From positions 1 to 64,000 of the IMG/VR virus record IMGVR_UViG_3300021519_000877: a stretch of 64,000 bases of DNA; one strand, written 5' to 3'. How positions within the stretch are numbered: the stretch's first letter is position 1; each line of letters starts with the position of its first letter. The notes under the pieces were generated by a model that saw only the letters and a program-made list of their open reading frames with translations, had not been told where the DNA came from and did no database searches. Below are positions 38,484-47,473 of this stretch, piece after piece. The DNA comes from a virus. Made by a program: the position numbers and the translations under genes.

Positions 38484-39221
38484 TTAAGCCTGTGCTGGAA
38501 TGATATATTTGTAAGTAGCAATGCCACTGTCTAATTCAATCTGCATAGCACCTTGATCATTTGAGATACTAAGTTTTGTATTGTTAGCATCGGCGATCTT
38601 CAAAATGCTTAATACTTGGCTAACAGGCCATGTCCAAGATTTTGTTAAGTTACCTGTAACATTGGCTGCAAATACAAACTCACCACCATGCGTTGATTGG
38701 TCACCAAAGATAAATTTAAGATTACCATTCTCAGTTTTAGTTAGGAATGTTGTATGCTCGCTATTAGCGGCAGCTTGAAAGTTAAAACGTTGAATAGCAG
38801 TTACGCTTGGCTCAACTTCTAAGTCCCATTTTGCGCCGCGGAACTTAACAGTTTTAAGTTTCTCGTTAATAACTTCAGTGTTCATAAAACGATAATCGTT
38901 CTTGAAATCACCTTCTTTATTTTCAAAGTGAATGCTAACTGGCAATTCTTCACCATTACGTTCTGCATTTACAATTTCAATTTTTGCATCTTCTTTGTAA
39001 ACAGGGCAATCCAAATGAATTTTTAACTTGTTAAGTTGCGGCATACCAAACACACCCTTCATTTCCGGAACCGCTTTGTTTACTTCACCATACATAATAA
39101 CACTACGGTCTTCAGCCATAGAGTCAAGTTTAGTATCGGCGTCGCTACCTGTGATTTTTACAATATCTAAAAATCCCAAGCTATGTGTATGTCCTACGAT
39201 GTCTTTCAATAGATCCAGCAT
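38484..39221 (-). CDS. Putative sliding clamp (gp45/PCNA-like processivity factor)
   Basis: 245 aa with two-domain beta-alpha pattern ending 'YKYIIPA'; immediately downstream of DNA polymerase B; clamp loader present in window. Confidence 0.6.
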   Translation of the reverse strand: MLDLLKDIVGHTHSLGFLDIVKITGSDADTKLDSMAEDRSVIMYGEVNKAVPEMKGVFGMPQLNKLKIHLDCPVYKEDAKIEIVNAERNGEELPVSIHFENKEGDFKNDYRFMNTEVINEKLKTVKFRGAKWDLEVEPSVTAIQRFNFQAAANSEHTTFLTKTENGNLKFIFGDQSTHGGEFVFAANVTGNLTKSWTWPVSQVLSILKIADANNTKLSISNDQGAMQIELDSGIATYKYIIPAQA

Positions 39222-39239
39222 ATAAATCTCCTTTGTTAT

Positions 39240-39268
39240 ATTATATTTAGGTTTTTGGTTAAAGTCAA
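39240..39268 (-). promoter_or_regulatory. Sigma70-type promoter with embedded TAAATA box
   Basis: TTGACT-N17-TATAAT; TAAATA at 39249-39244; AAGGAG RBS downstream. Confidence 0.8.
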
Positions 39269-39275
39269 TAACATT

Positions 39276-41945
39276 TTATTCAAAATCAAATAAACTACCA
39301 AAATTGTTATCTTGTGTTGTGCTACTTAAATCCCATTCAAGAACTCCAATAAGATTATCTAACTTATTGTTAATAATAGCAGTTTCCATTTCTGAATGAT
39401 TAAACGGTAAATCCTTAAACCATTGTGGCAAGCGCATTTCATCTACTGGATACGCAATACTGGTATATCCTAACGGATTATCTTTCATCTTACAAACAAT
39501 AACTTTCATACCGTCTACAATCTGTTGACTATACTTGTCACCATTCATTGTTTTTAAAGTATTCCAATTAATACTTGCTCGCACATGACCAGGCATGTTT
39601 GTTTTACCAGCTTTCTTTTCTTTGGCTTGGTAGTCAGTAATATTGTTAGCACGTTTTGGACTACCTTTCTCCCAACCAGGTCTAGCCTTAAACTCAGTGC
39701 GGAATTCACTAATACGATCCAGGATTTCAGTTTCTTGAGCACCATCTAAAACTTTATTTAGAAGTTCGCTTAAAAAGTTCTGCATAAATTCTGGAGTATC
39801 TGAACGCTTCAAGTCTAAGCCCATAGCCTTCATCTTGCCAACACCGTTATCGTCATCTTGTCTCTTGCCATCTTTGTCATAATAACGAACAGCGTACCGC
39901 TTTTTAGTAATAAACAATCCACGGTCTGCTACAAGTTCACGACCTGCTTTAATAACCTCACCGCGATTTTTTGGACAGTGAAAGTCATCTAACATGAACT
40001 GTGGGAATGTTGCATTTACTTCTTCTGCGATTTGATCGTAGAGTTGCACCACTGTATCTTTGTTCCAAGGAATAATACCTTTATTAATGTCGTTCTTTAA
40101 AATGGGCCAAGCACTAAAATACACAGAGTCGGTATCGCCGTAGATAATGCTCTTGCCAATATAATTGTATTCACCGGCTACAAACTCATTTACTTTAGCA
40201 GCCATGTGACGGGCAATTCTACGCCCAGTGAGCGTTGTTGATTGACCAATGCGCTTATCGAAGAAACGGCAACCAGGATTAAGAATAGCCCCATAGAGAC
40301 TGTTAAGCAAAATCTTTTTAACCAGTTGACGCTTGTCCCAATATTCTTCTTCAATTTCATTTTCTGCCTTTATTGCATCTCTAAGTTTTGCCTGCATGTC
40401 TTTACGTTCAGCATACCAGCGTTTTAATAATCCAGGAATAATTCCTTCTTTTGCATAGGTAAAGATTGTGCCGTTAGCACTTAAGATCCAGGGTTGGTTA
40501 TTTTCATAAACCATATCATAGATTTGAGCACCACTTAACACATCGGTTGACCCATCTTCCCAGTCGAGGATAATATCATTGGCCTTGTCTTTGTTCATAA
40601 CAAATTCAAATTCATTTGAGCCAAACTTGCCTTCCCATGCTGCCGCAAAACTACTACCCTTGGCCATCTTAGCTTCAATTTCTTCTTTGGTATAATCCTG
40701 ACGCAACTGCCCAACAATAGTTTCTGGGCCCATGTTAAGTGCTCTAATTGCACTAGGATATAGTGAGTTAATATCCATTGAACCGATCCACTCATGCAAT
40801 CCTTTCTTTGGATACGCTACATACGCACCAGCCGCTTGATTATCACCGCGGTCATCTTGTCTTGGACGACTTGGCACAATAAGACCTTTTGCGTGTGCTT
40901 CAATAATAATAGCCTGTTCTGTTACAGCTACAGCACCCATGGTTGTTGCCAATAGAACTGTGTTTTCGTGTGCAATGGTATTGGCAAGATCAATAAACTT
41001 CAGCTTCTTATCTAGTTTATCTAACAACGCAGTATCTTGTCTGTTGTATATGATAAAAGTTCTAAAGTCATTATTATATAATTGATCTAATGTTCCTTCG
41101 TAAACGGTTTTGGATTCTCCAACTTCCATTTCTCCAATAGCATCAAGTCTGTAAGTATGTCTTTCTTCGTATGTATACTTTCTATATAGTTCGAGTGAGT
41201 CAAGGTGAACCCTGCCCACGAGGTCATAAGTGACCGCAGTTTTTCCGTATTTTTCATATTCTCTTTTCTTTGGAAATTGATCCCATAAGCATAATCTACG
41301 AGTATCTTCTTTTGAGAGAACTTTGATAATACGATTAACAGTATAAGGCATATCAAAGCCCTCACTGTTCCAACCACTTAAAATATCTGCATCTTCGATT
41401 AAGTTTAGGAATGTATCTAACATTTCGTGTTCTGTTTCAAACAAGATAGTGTTAGGAATGTCTTTAATTTGCTCTTGCGCCTGCGCCATTGTTAGAGTCT
41501 TTGGCGGTACTGCTAAACATACTAGGGTATCTAACCACTGTAGGTGAACTGAAATTGCAGTAATTGGCATAAATGCGTCATCTGGTGCCGCATAGCCACG
41601 CTCTGGATCGAAGTCCACTTCGATATCCCAAAATGCTACATTTAGTTTTGGTGCGTCGATGTTTAGATAGTTTTCTTCTAATACACGAAACACTGGATTA
41701 ATGTCTGACTCAAATAGTCTGTGACTACTGTGAATCTTTTGTTCTTTAATGTGTTCTTTCCAGCTCTTGCTAGTAACTTTGCTTAGTGCGTCCCCATACA
41801 AACTTGTGTGTTTGCCCTTTTGATCAGGATAGTAAAAAACGTATCTTGCGGGGAACTGCTGAAATATACGGCCTTTCTTTGGATCTCTTTCGACAACAGA
41901 TACGATATCTGTGTCACGATCCCATCGTGCATCTACATACGACAT
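39276..41945 (-). CDS. polB: Family B DNA polymerase (T4 gp43-like) with 3'-5' exonuclease
   Basis: DIEVD (ExoI), GWNSEGFD (ExoII), YNRQD (ExoIII), DINSLYPS, KILLNSLYG, YGDTDS, KKRY. Confidence 0.96.
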   Translation of the reverse strand: MSYVDARWDRDTDIVSVVERDPKKGRIFQQFPARYVFYYPDQKGKHTSLYGDALSKVTSKSWKEHIKEQKIHSSHRLFESDINPVFRVLEENYLNIDAPKLNVAFWDIEVDFDPERGYAAPDDAFMPITAISVHLQWLDTLVCLAVPPKTLTMAQAQEQIKDIPNTILFETEHEMLDTFLNLIEDADILSGWNSEGFDMPYTVNRIIKVLSKEDTRRLCLWDQFPKKREYEKYGKTAVTYDLVGRVHLDSLELYRKYTYEERHTYRLDAIGEMEVGESKTVYEGTLDQLYNNDFRTFIIYNRQDTALLDKLDKKLKFIDLANTIAHENTVLLATTMGAVAVTEQAIIIEAHAKGLIVPSRPRQDDRGDNQAAGAYVAYPKKGLHEWIGSMDINSLYPSAIRALNMGPETIVGQLRQDYTKEEIEAKMAKGSSFAAAWEGKFGSNEFEFVMNKDKANDIILDWEDGSTDVLSGAQIYDMVYENNQPWILSANGTIFTYAKEGIIPGLLKRWYAERKDMQAKLRDAIKAENEIEEEYWDKRQLVKKILLNSLYGAILNPGCRFFDKRIGQSTTLTGRRIARHMAAKVNEFVAGEYNYIGKSIIYGDTDSVYFSAWPILKNDINKGIIPWNKDTVVQLYDQIAEEVNATFPQFMLDDFHCPKNRGEVIKAGRELVADRGLFITKKRYAVRYYDKDGKRQDDDNGVGKMKAMGLDLKRSDTPEFMQNFLSELLNKVLDGAQETEILDRISEFRTEFKARPGWEKGSPKRANNITDYQAKEKKAGKTNMPGHVRASINWNTLKTMNGDKYSQQIVDGMKVIVCKMKDNPLGYTSIAYPVDEMRLPQWFKDLPFNHSEMETAIINNKLDNLIGVLEWDLSSTTQDNNFGSLFDFE

Positions 41946-41955
41946 ATTCTTCTCC

Positions 41956-42000
41956 TACCGCTTATGGCCGGCAACCTTCACTTAGCGATTTATGGCTCGC
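41956..42000 (-). promoter_or_regulatory. Tandem stem-loops with shared GCCAUAA loop abutting polymerase RBS (candidate translational operator)
   Basis: mRNA: GCGA-GCCAUAAA-UCGC ... UGCCG-GCCAUAAG-CGGUA-GGAG-AAGAAU-AUG. Confidence 0.55.
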
Positions 42001-42016
42001 AGGACCTTTCTCATTA

Positions 42017-42316
42017 TTATTTAGTTAGCATATTAATTAGACCGATAAAATCGATGCTAACAAGCAACAGATAATTAGCCACCATACCAAAACTACCCCT
42101 AGTCCAAGCAGCCCAACCATACATAGCACAGCCAGCGATCCAAATAGGATAAAGCATGAGCAGAGGAGGAGTAGGGACTGTAAGGGCCATAGTAATACTA
42201 CAACCAATAGAGATAGCCCAAGCAAGTATTTCAATATAGAATCTTAACGGCCATTCTTGATAATCTCGTTTGGCCCATTTGAATATATCTACAAATCCGT
42301 TTGTAATTTGGTCCAT
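42017..42316 (-). CDS. Small multi-pass membrane protein
   Basis: Three hydrophobic segments in 99 aa. Confidence 0.6.
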   Translation of the reverse strand: MDQITNGFVDIFKWAKRDYQEWPLRFYIEILAWAISIGCSITMALTVPTPPLLMLYPIWIAGCAMYGWAAWTRGSFGMVANYLLLVSIDFIGLINMLTK

Positions 42317-42612
42317 TAGTCGTCATCACGATTGGGATTTACATTATCGCTTTCGCGGGTAGCATGTCCACTAATATCAACAATAGTTTCTAAATCATCG
42401 AACTCGTTGAATACACGATCCCAATCACCTTTTTGTGCAATCTTAATTGCTTTTTTAATAGTGCTTGGCTTTACTTCTAATTCTTCTGCTACCGCTTTAA
42501 TTGTGTCATTAAGTCCTTCGTTCAAGTCTTGAACTTCTTGTAGAACTGTAACACCTTCAGAAATTAACTGACGGATTTTTGCTTTTTCTGGATCGCCGAA
42601 TACTTTGCTCAT
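42316..42612 (-). CDS. T4 DsbA/GapR-like dsDNA-binding protein (putative)
   Basis: Helical pattern LISEG...EVQDLNE.L.D.IK.VAEEL.VKP..IKKAIK. Confidence 0.55.
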   Translation of the reverse strand: MSKVFGDPEKAKIRQLISEGVTVLQEVQDLNEGLNDTIKAVAEELEVKPSTIKKAIKIAQKGDWDRVFNEFDDLETIVDISGHATRESDNVNPNRDDD

Positions 42613-42631
42613 AATGTTCTCCTATCTGTTT

Positions 42632-42660
42632 ATTATATAGTAATAGTGGGTTATTGTCAA
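42632..42660 (-). promoter_or_regulatory. Sigma70-type promoter
   Basis: TTGACA-N17-TATAAT; AGGAG RBS downstream. Confidence 0.85.
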
Positions 42661-42686
42661 GCAGTGAGACATAATAATTATGAATG

Positions 42687-42792
42687 TACGGTTGTTAAAT
42701 TGGCATCACAGAGATCGAGAACCAAAGGATTTTCCAATTTTCCCCTTTGGGCATCACCGAATTGGCAGTCGAGCCCGCAACCTGTGGCCGTA
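42687..42792 (-). ncRNA. Candidate structured RNA element (unclassified)
   Basis: Nested complementary segments TACGG/CCGTA, CACAG/CTGTG, TCGA/TCGA, CCAAAGG/CCTTTGG, plus loop AATTGG complementary to CCAATT, in an intergenic gap. Confidence 0.3.
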
Positions 42793-42794
42793 TT

Positions 42795-43949
42795 TTATTT
42801 CTTTAGTTGTCTAGCAAGTTTGCCAGCTAGTTGTTCTTCGTAAGTGCGTTCGTGTTCAAACAGCTCATCAGCTAGACTATCGTGTGTCCATCCTTCGCCT
42901 TTTACCTGCTTCTCTAAACGATCAATAGCAGATTTCATACCTGATCCTGCCGGAGCCGCTTTACGCTTGGCTTCAATGTCGCTGTGTTTCTTTTCGCGCT
43001 CTGCAGAACCTTTACGGAATTTAGCAAGAGCTGTGTCTTCTTTCATTCCGCCTACGCTAGCAAGTTTTAATAGTGCGGCTCTGATAAATTCTGTAAGTTC
43101 TTTGGCAGCACCGTCACCCCACTCTACACTTTTAACGATAGCATGTGCGCCTTCTGAATCAATTTGATCAGCAATATGTTTTGCTAATTCTGGAGTTAAA
43201 TGCTCTAACCCTTCTGTATCGCCTTCGCCTTCAGTTGGCCGTGTATCCATCATTCCTGGACCAGTAATGCCGTTCATTGCTTCCGGTGTCTTGCTAATTC
43301 TACGTGGTTGAACAGCACTACGGCTACTACCGTAATCTTTACGCATATCTTGGTTGCTATGGGTATCTCTATAACCTTGAATATATTCGTCCCATTCTGG
43401 ACTACCTTTTTGGAATCCGTATTCTGCTGTTATATCATGTTGGCGACCATAGTAAGCATCTGCACCGCCTAGGTCAAACGGAGATTTTTGATTCACTCCG
43501 CCTCTATTAATAAACTGGTCGTATTCCGGAGTACCATCTGCAGGTATCTCTCCTTCACCTTCCGCCACACTTTTCTCTTTACGATTGATCTTTTTTTGTG
43601 CTGTATTCATATTAATCCCACGGACTGCCTGATCGATCCAGTCCTTATCACCAGTGCGTGGATTAGGTGTTGCAGCCTTTGCGGCATCTTGTTGTACCTG
43701 GCGCTTTGCTTTATAGCTTTTTAAGGAATCAATACTCAATTCGTTAAGCTGTCGTGTAAGACGATCTTCGTAGCTTTCAGCAACTTCTTTTTTCTTATGC
43801 TTTACTTCGCCTTTCTTTTCGGCTTTCTTTTTGTCCTTCATTGGACCAGCAGCCCCTCCGCCGATTGCTTTGTTAGCATTCTTGGCTACAGGATTCTTTG
43901 CTTTGATTGTGCGAATAGGATCGCGACGGTCTTTTTTGCCTTCGTTCAT
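42795..43949 (-). CDS. Charged, modular hypothetical protein (putative internal head protein)
   Basis: K/E-rich modules separated by VAE, LNE, LFE motifs. Confidence 0.55.
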   Translation of the reverse strand: MNEGKKDRRDPIRTIKAKNPVAKNANKAIGGGAAGPMKDKKKAEKKGEVKHKKKEVAESYEDRLTRQLNELSIDSLKSYKAKRQVQQDAAKAATPNPRTGDKDWIDQAVRGINMNTAQKKINRKEKSVAEGEGEIPADGTPEYDQFINRGGVNQKSPFDLGGADAYYGRQHDITAEYGFQKGSPEWDEYIQGYRDTHSNQDMRKDYGSSRSAVQPRRISKTPEAMNGITGPGMMDTRPTEGEGDTEGLEHLTPELAKHIADQIDSEGAHAIVKSVEWGDGAAKELTEFIRAALLKLASVGGMKEDTALAKFRKGSAEREKKHSDIEAKRKAAPAGSGMKSAIDRLEKQVKGEGWTHDSLADELFEHERTYEEQLAGKLARQLKK

Positions 43950-45043
43950 AATGTTCTCTTTATAACTTTAGATTTTTTCTTTTTGGCACCCTTTGGCGCT
44001 CCTACAGTACCACCGAATAACCACCCGCCACCTGCGGCAGGAGCACTAGCAATACTTCCAGATCCTGTCGCACCAGCACTAGCTGATTCGCCAATTTCAA
44101 TGCCACCTTCTTCATCTGGTTCTGCAATTTTGTTTAAGAAGTCGCCTACGAACCAAAACCAATTTTTAAAGTGGCCAGGATTAGTATCGTATTCTTGATG
44201 AGCATAGCCTTGAGCACTACTAATTAAACTGTTGAATGTGGATGACTCTTGATTCTTTGCGGCTACTTTTTCCATCTCATTATATAACTGATCGGCCCCG
44301 GCTTCGTCTTGGTATTTTTCAATGCTGGGGGCTAAAGAGTTATACACTGATAGTATACGTCTTGCCACTGTAGGTTGCATATCTCCCCATCTAGCGGCTT
44401 CGGTTACGTCCGTAGACGAATTAGGATGCTCGTCGCTGTCGCCACTCTTGGCAATAAGGTTACCAGAGCTACGATCTAAGCTCTTTAACTCTTGAGGTTT
44501 ATGTTCTTCTTCACCTTTAAGAATCTTGCGAGCACGACTAAATCCGTCCACAAGCACACTTAAACTATCTTCGTCTGCTTGATACTTAATACCGATACCA
44601 CCAGCAGCTTCCCAAGCAGAGATATTACTACCTCGGTCATCAACTAATATGTTAGGAGTGCCGTCTTTTTGTTTTGCGTATTTGGCTTTGTTGGGTGTAA
44701 TAATAAGATCGTCGGGCTGCGGATTTAAATTATTTTTAATCCATACACGTTTCCATTTTTCACTATTTTCAAAGTCGTTGCGTAACGGGCTTGAACAAAT
44801 ATGATAGTGTCCGTATAGCTTTACAACCATAGCAACAATTTGATCAGCGGGTTGAGTTTTAGGTAGGCGATTAAAAAAATCTGTGCCTATCATTTTTTGT
44901 AATGTTGGATCTGTTTTTGCAGGCGGTATATCTCTATAGTTGCCGCTTTCAATACCGGCAAGTTTAGCATACTCTGTAAAAAAGTCTGCTAATACTCCAT
45001 CGAGGTCTAGATATACTTCTGGCTTGTTCATTTCTTCATCCAA
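43946..45043 (-). CDS. HAD-family 5'(3')-deoxyribonucleotidase (NT5C-like) with C-terminal extension
   Basis: YLDLDGVLADF, FFNRLP, ICSSP, K..W, ILVDD...NI..WEAAGG.GI. Confidence 0.8.
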   Translation of the reverse strand: MDEEMNKPEVYLDLDGVLADFFTEYAKLAGIESGNYRDIPPAKTDPTLQKMIGTDFFNRLPKTQPADQIVAMVVKLYGHYHICSSPLRNDFENSEKWKRVWIKNNLNPQPDDLIITPNKAKYAKQKDGTPNILVDDRGSNISAWEAAGGIGIKYQADEDSLSVLVDGFSRARKILKGEEEHKPQELKSLDRSSGNLIAKSGDSDEHPNSSTDVTEAARWGDMQPTVARRILSVYNSLAPSIEKYQDEAGADQLYNEMEKVAAKNQESSTFNSLISSAQGYAHQEYDTNPGHFKNWFWFVGDFLNKIAEPDEEGGIEIGESASAGATGSGSIASAPAAGGGWLFGGTVGAPKGAKKKKSKVIKRTL

Positions 45044-45375
45044 TTTGCTACAGGACTTACGGTGCCTGTTTTATCTGTTTCTTTACTACCTTTAGTAGTT
45101 AATTTCTTTGCGGTAATGCCAACACGCTTTCGTGCAACATTCATCATCTCTTCTTCAGCAGGGGTATAGTGAACGGACACCATTAGTCCTGCTGACGGTC
45201 CATTTGCATCAAATTCGTGCTCGCAGTCTGGAGCTCCGGCGGCTGCAATAGCTAATCGATATTTTGTATATGGTACGGTTTCAGCTGATGGATAGGTGTA
45301 GGATCCAACAGAGGCAGCCTTGTAATTTTTATTTACAGGTTCTGTTTTTGCTTCTAGTAGATCTCTTATTCTCAT
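45028..45375 (-). CDS. Hypothetical protein (N-terminus MRIRDLLE)
   Basis: 115-aa ORF coupled to neighbours. Confidence 0.6.
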   Translation of the reverse strand: MRIRDLLEAKTEPVNKNYKAASVGSYTYPSAETVPYTKYRLAIAAAGAPDCEHEFDANGPSAGLMVSVHYTPAEEEMMNVARKRVGITAKKLTTKGSKETDKTGTVSPVANWMKK

Positions 45376-45683
45376 TTCTTATCCACAGGCTTTTCGCCGG
45401 TTAGATATGGTTTACTAAACCATAACTTTATATATTCAGCACTTCCGGGTTTAATATTATTATCTTTCATCAACTTGACTTTTTCAGCGGCTGTTGTTGA
45501 AATATTACTACCCTTATTTATTTCTGCATTATGCGCACGATATTCTTGTAATCGTGCTTCGCTACCCAATCCAGCTAGATACTGTATAACTTTTAACTCG
45601 TTTAGGGGATCGTTAGGCGCTATATAAGCGTCTTCATCGCTGTCCTGCGGAATATTATCGGTAGTTATATAATATTGTTTCAT
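45372..45683 (-). CDS. Hypothetical protein
   Basis: 103-aa ORF coupled by ATGA. Confidence 0.6.
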   Translation of the reverse strand: MKQYYITTDNIPQDSDEDAYIAPNDPLNELKVIQYLAGLGSEARLQEYRAHNAEINKGSNISTTAAEKVKLMKDNNIKPGSAEYIKLWFSKPYLTGEKPVDKK

Positions 45684-47473
45684 TTCTTTTCTAAAAGTTT
45701 AATTAGGTTGGCAATACGAATTTCGTATTCCTCTCCTATTTTAACACAATTATTGACTCGTGTCTTGCCTTTCATCTTGGTTCCGGACTTTTTATATCCT
45801 TTCCGACATTTTGGATCCAGCCTTTGGTCTTCTTTGCTCATAGTTGCACCAGTGCCAATTTGATCAAAGTTTTCACCAACTAGATCACCTGCACGAGCCG
45901 GGCGTTTTGTTTTGCCCTTTAGTTGTCCTGCTGTGCCTAATTTATTTTTAGCTGCGCCAGCAAATGCGCTTGTTGGTAACATTGTTTCTACCGGCGCCAT
46001 CTTCTTAACTTTTTTAACAGGAGTTAACCCAGTTTGTACCGCTAACATTAATGCTTGTGCATCTTTGTCATTTAACGTTTTTGGTAACCCTTGACGGAAT
46101 GCTTCAAAATTACTTTCAATTGCGGCAGCTCGCATCTTTGTTGCACTCATTCCTGAAGCGTTGTCTGAGTCTGGATCTCGATCACCTGCTGATGCTACAC
46201 TGATAGTATTGTAGTTGTATTCTTGCCCGTTGTATTGTTGTAATAGTTTATCGAAACTTGCCGCACGGTCTGATCCGGCAACCATAACAAGGTCTGAGTA
46301 TTTGCTGTTAAGATGCTTTGCAGCTTCAATTGGGGTGCGGACTTGTTCATTGCATGCTACAAAGTTAGTTCCAGGAAACATTAATTTTAAATAATGCATC
46401 TTTTGTTCTATACTTAATGGATTGGCTTTATGATCCTGTGTCTTTGAAACATAGATTACATAATCTGCGTGTTGTTGAGCAGCCGCATTTTTTACAGCAT
46501 TAATTAAAACTTCGTGTCCGATAGTAGGTGGATTAAAACGACCAAATGCAAATACTATCTTGCGTAGTGCGGGTTTAACTAATTCGTTAAGTAATCGACT
46601 TCTACTTTCACCAAATGTTTGTGCAACTTTAGCACGAGCGGCTTCTTTGCCTGCCCCTTTAGCTGTGCCAACTTCTCCGCTCTTAACGCTGATCATACTG
46701 CTGAATACTCCTTGCATACGATTATTGCTACGTGGATTTTTAATTGTTTGTTTGCTTTGTGCAAGTAGAGTATCAAAATCATTGGTCAAGTCATATTGAT
46801 ATAACAATGTTTGTAGGTCACTCCACTTTTGACTATGCCAAAGTATTTCTCTATCTGTTTGTTTAAATGTGCCTGGTTCGTAAGTAACCTTACGCAACTG
46901 TAGCTCAGTGCTTGATAGGTTAAACTCGAATTCTTGATTTGGTTGAACATTGTTTGGAACATGAACATTTAATTTTTTAAACAGTAATTTTGGATCAGTT
47001 TCGATTGCGGCAATTTTAACAAGTCCTAATACAAGACCTTGCTTCTCAGCGGGCATGTCTAGAAACTCTTGTTTAAATCCTGCTTCGATATGATCCAATG
47101 CAATGATGTTATCGATCTGTGCCGAATACCCTAGGGCATGATCATGATAGCGAACAGTTACAATCTCACCAGAGTTATAACTACGACGGCCAGCATGCTT
47201 CTCAGAAGTAAATGCTGTGATAACAGTGTCTGGCATTTTTTCAAAGAAATGCACAAGATCTTGTTTAACTTCTTTTTTATTCTTGCTAGACTTGATATGC
47301 GTAATAAGATCGATGTCACCAAAATCATTCTTTTCTAAATTTGAATTGTAGCTGCCAGATGGCTGTATGCTAACAAAGCCTGGAAACTTTGAAATGATAT
47401 TTTTATAAGATGCTAGGAAACTTTGATAGTCCTGGCGACTCTTTACTCGATCAGCACCTGCTACTCCGCTCAT
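45680..47473 (-). CDS. Fusion: Pol-beta/PolX-like nucleotidyltransferase + HIGH-type (cytidylyltransferase/NadD-like) nucleotidyltransferase
   Basis: N-term SGSY..DFGDIDL...AQIDN; C-term FAFGRFNPPTIGH, NPL, MVAGSDR, MSATKMR. Confidence 0.72.
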   Translation of the reverse strand: MSGVAGADRVKSRQDYQSFLASYKNIISKFPGFVSIQPSGSYNSNLEKNDFGDIDLITHIKSSKNKKEVKQDLVHFFEKMPDTVITAFTSEKHAGRRSYNSGEIVTVRYHDHALGYSAQIDNIIALDHIEAGFKQEFLDMPAEKQGLVLGLVKIAAIETDPKLLFKKLNVHVPNNVQPNQEFEFNLSSTELQLRKVTYEPGTFKQTDREILWHSQKWSDLQTLLYQYDLTNDFDTLLAQSKQTIKNPRSNNRMQGVFSSMISVKSGEVGTAKGAGKEAARAKVAQTFGESRSRLLNELVKPALRKIVFAFGRFNPPTIGHEVLINAVKNAAAQQHADYVIYVSKTQDHKANPLSIEQKMHYLKLMFPGTNFVACNEQVRTPIEAAKHLNSKYSDLVMVAGSDRAASFDKLLQQYNGQEYNYNTISVASAGDRDPDSDNASGMSATKMRAAAIESNFEAFRQGLPKTLNDKDAQALMLAVQTGLTPVKKVKKMAPVETMLPTSAFAGAAKNKLGTAGQLKGKTKRPARAGDLVGENFDQIGTGATMSKEDQRLDPKCRKGYKKSGTKMKGKTRVNNCVKIGEEYEIRIANLIKLLEKK

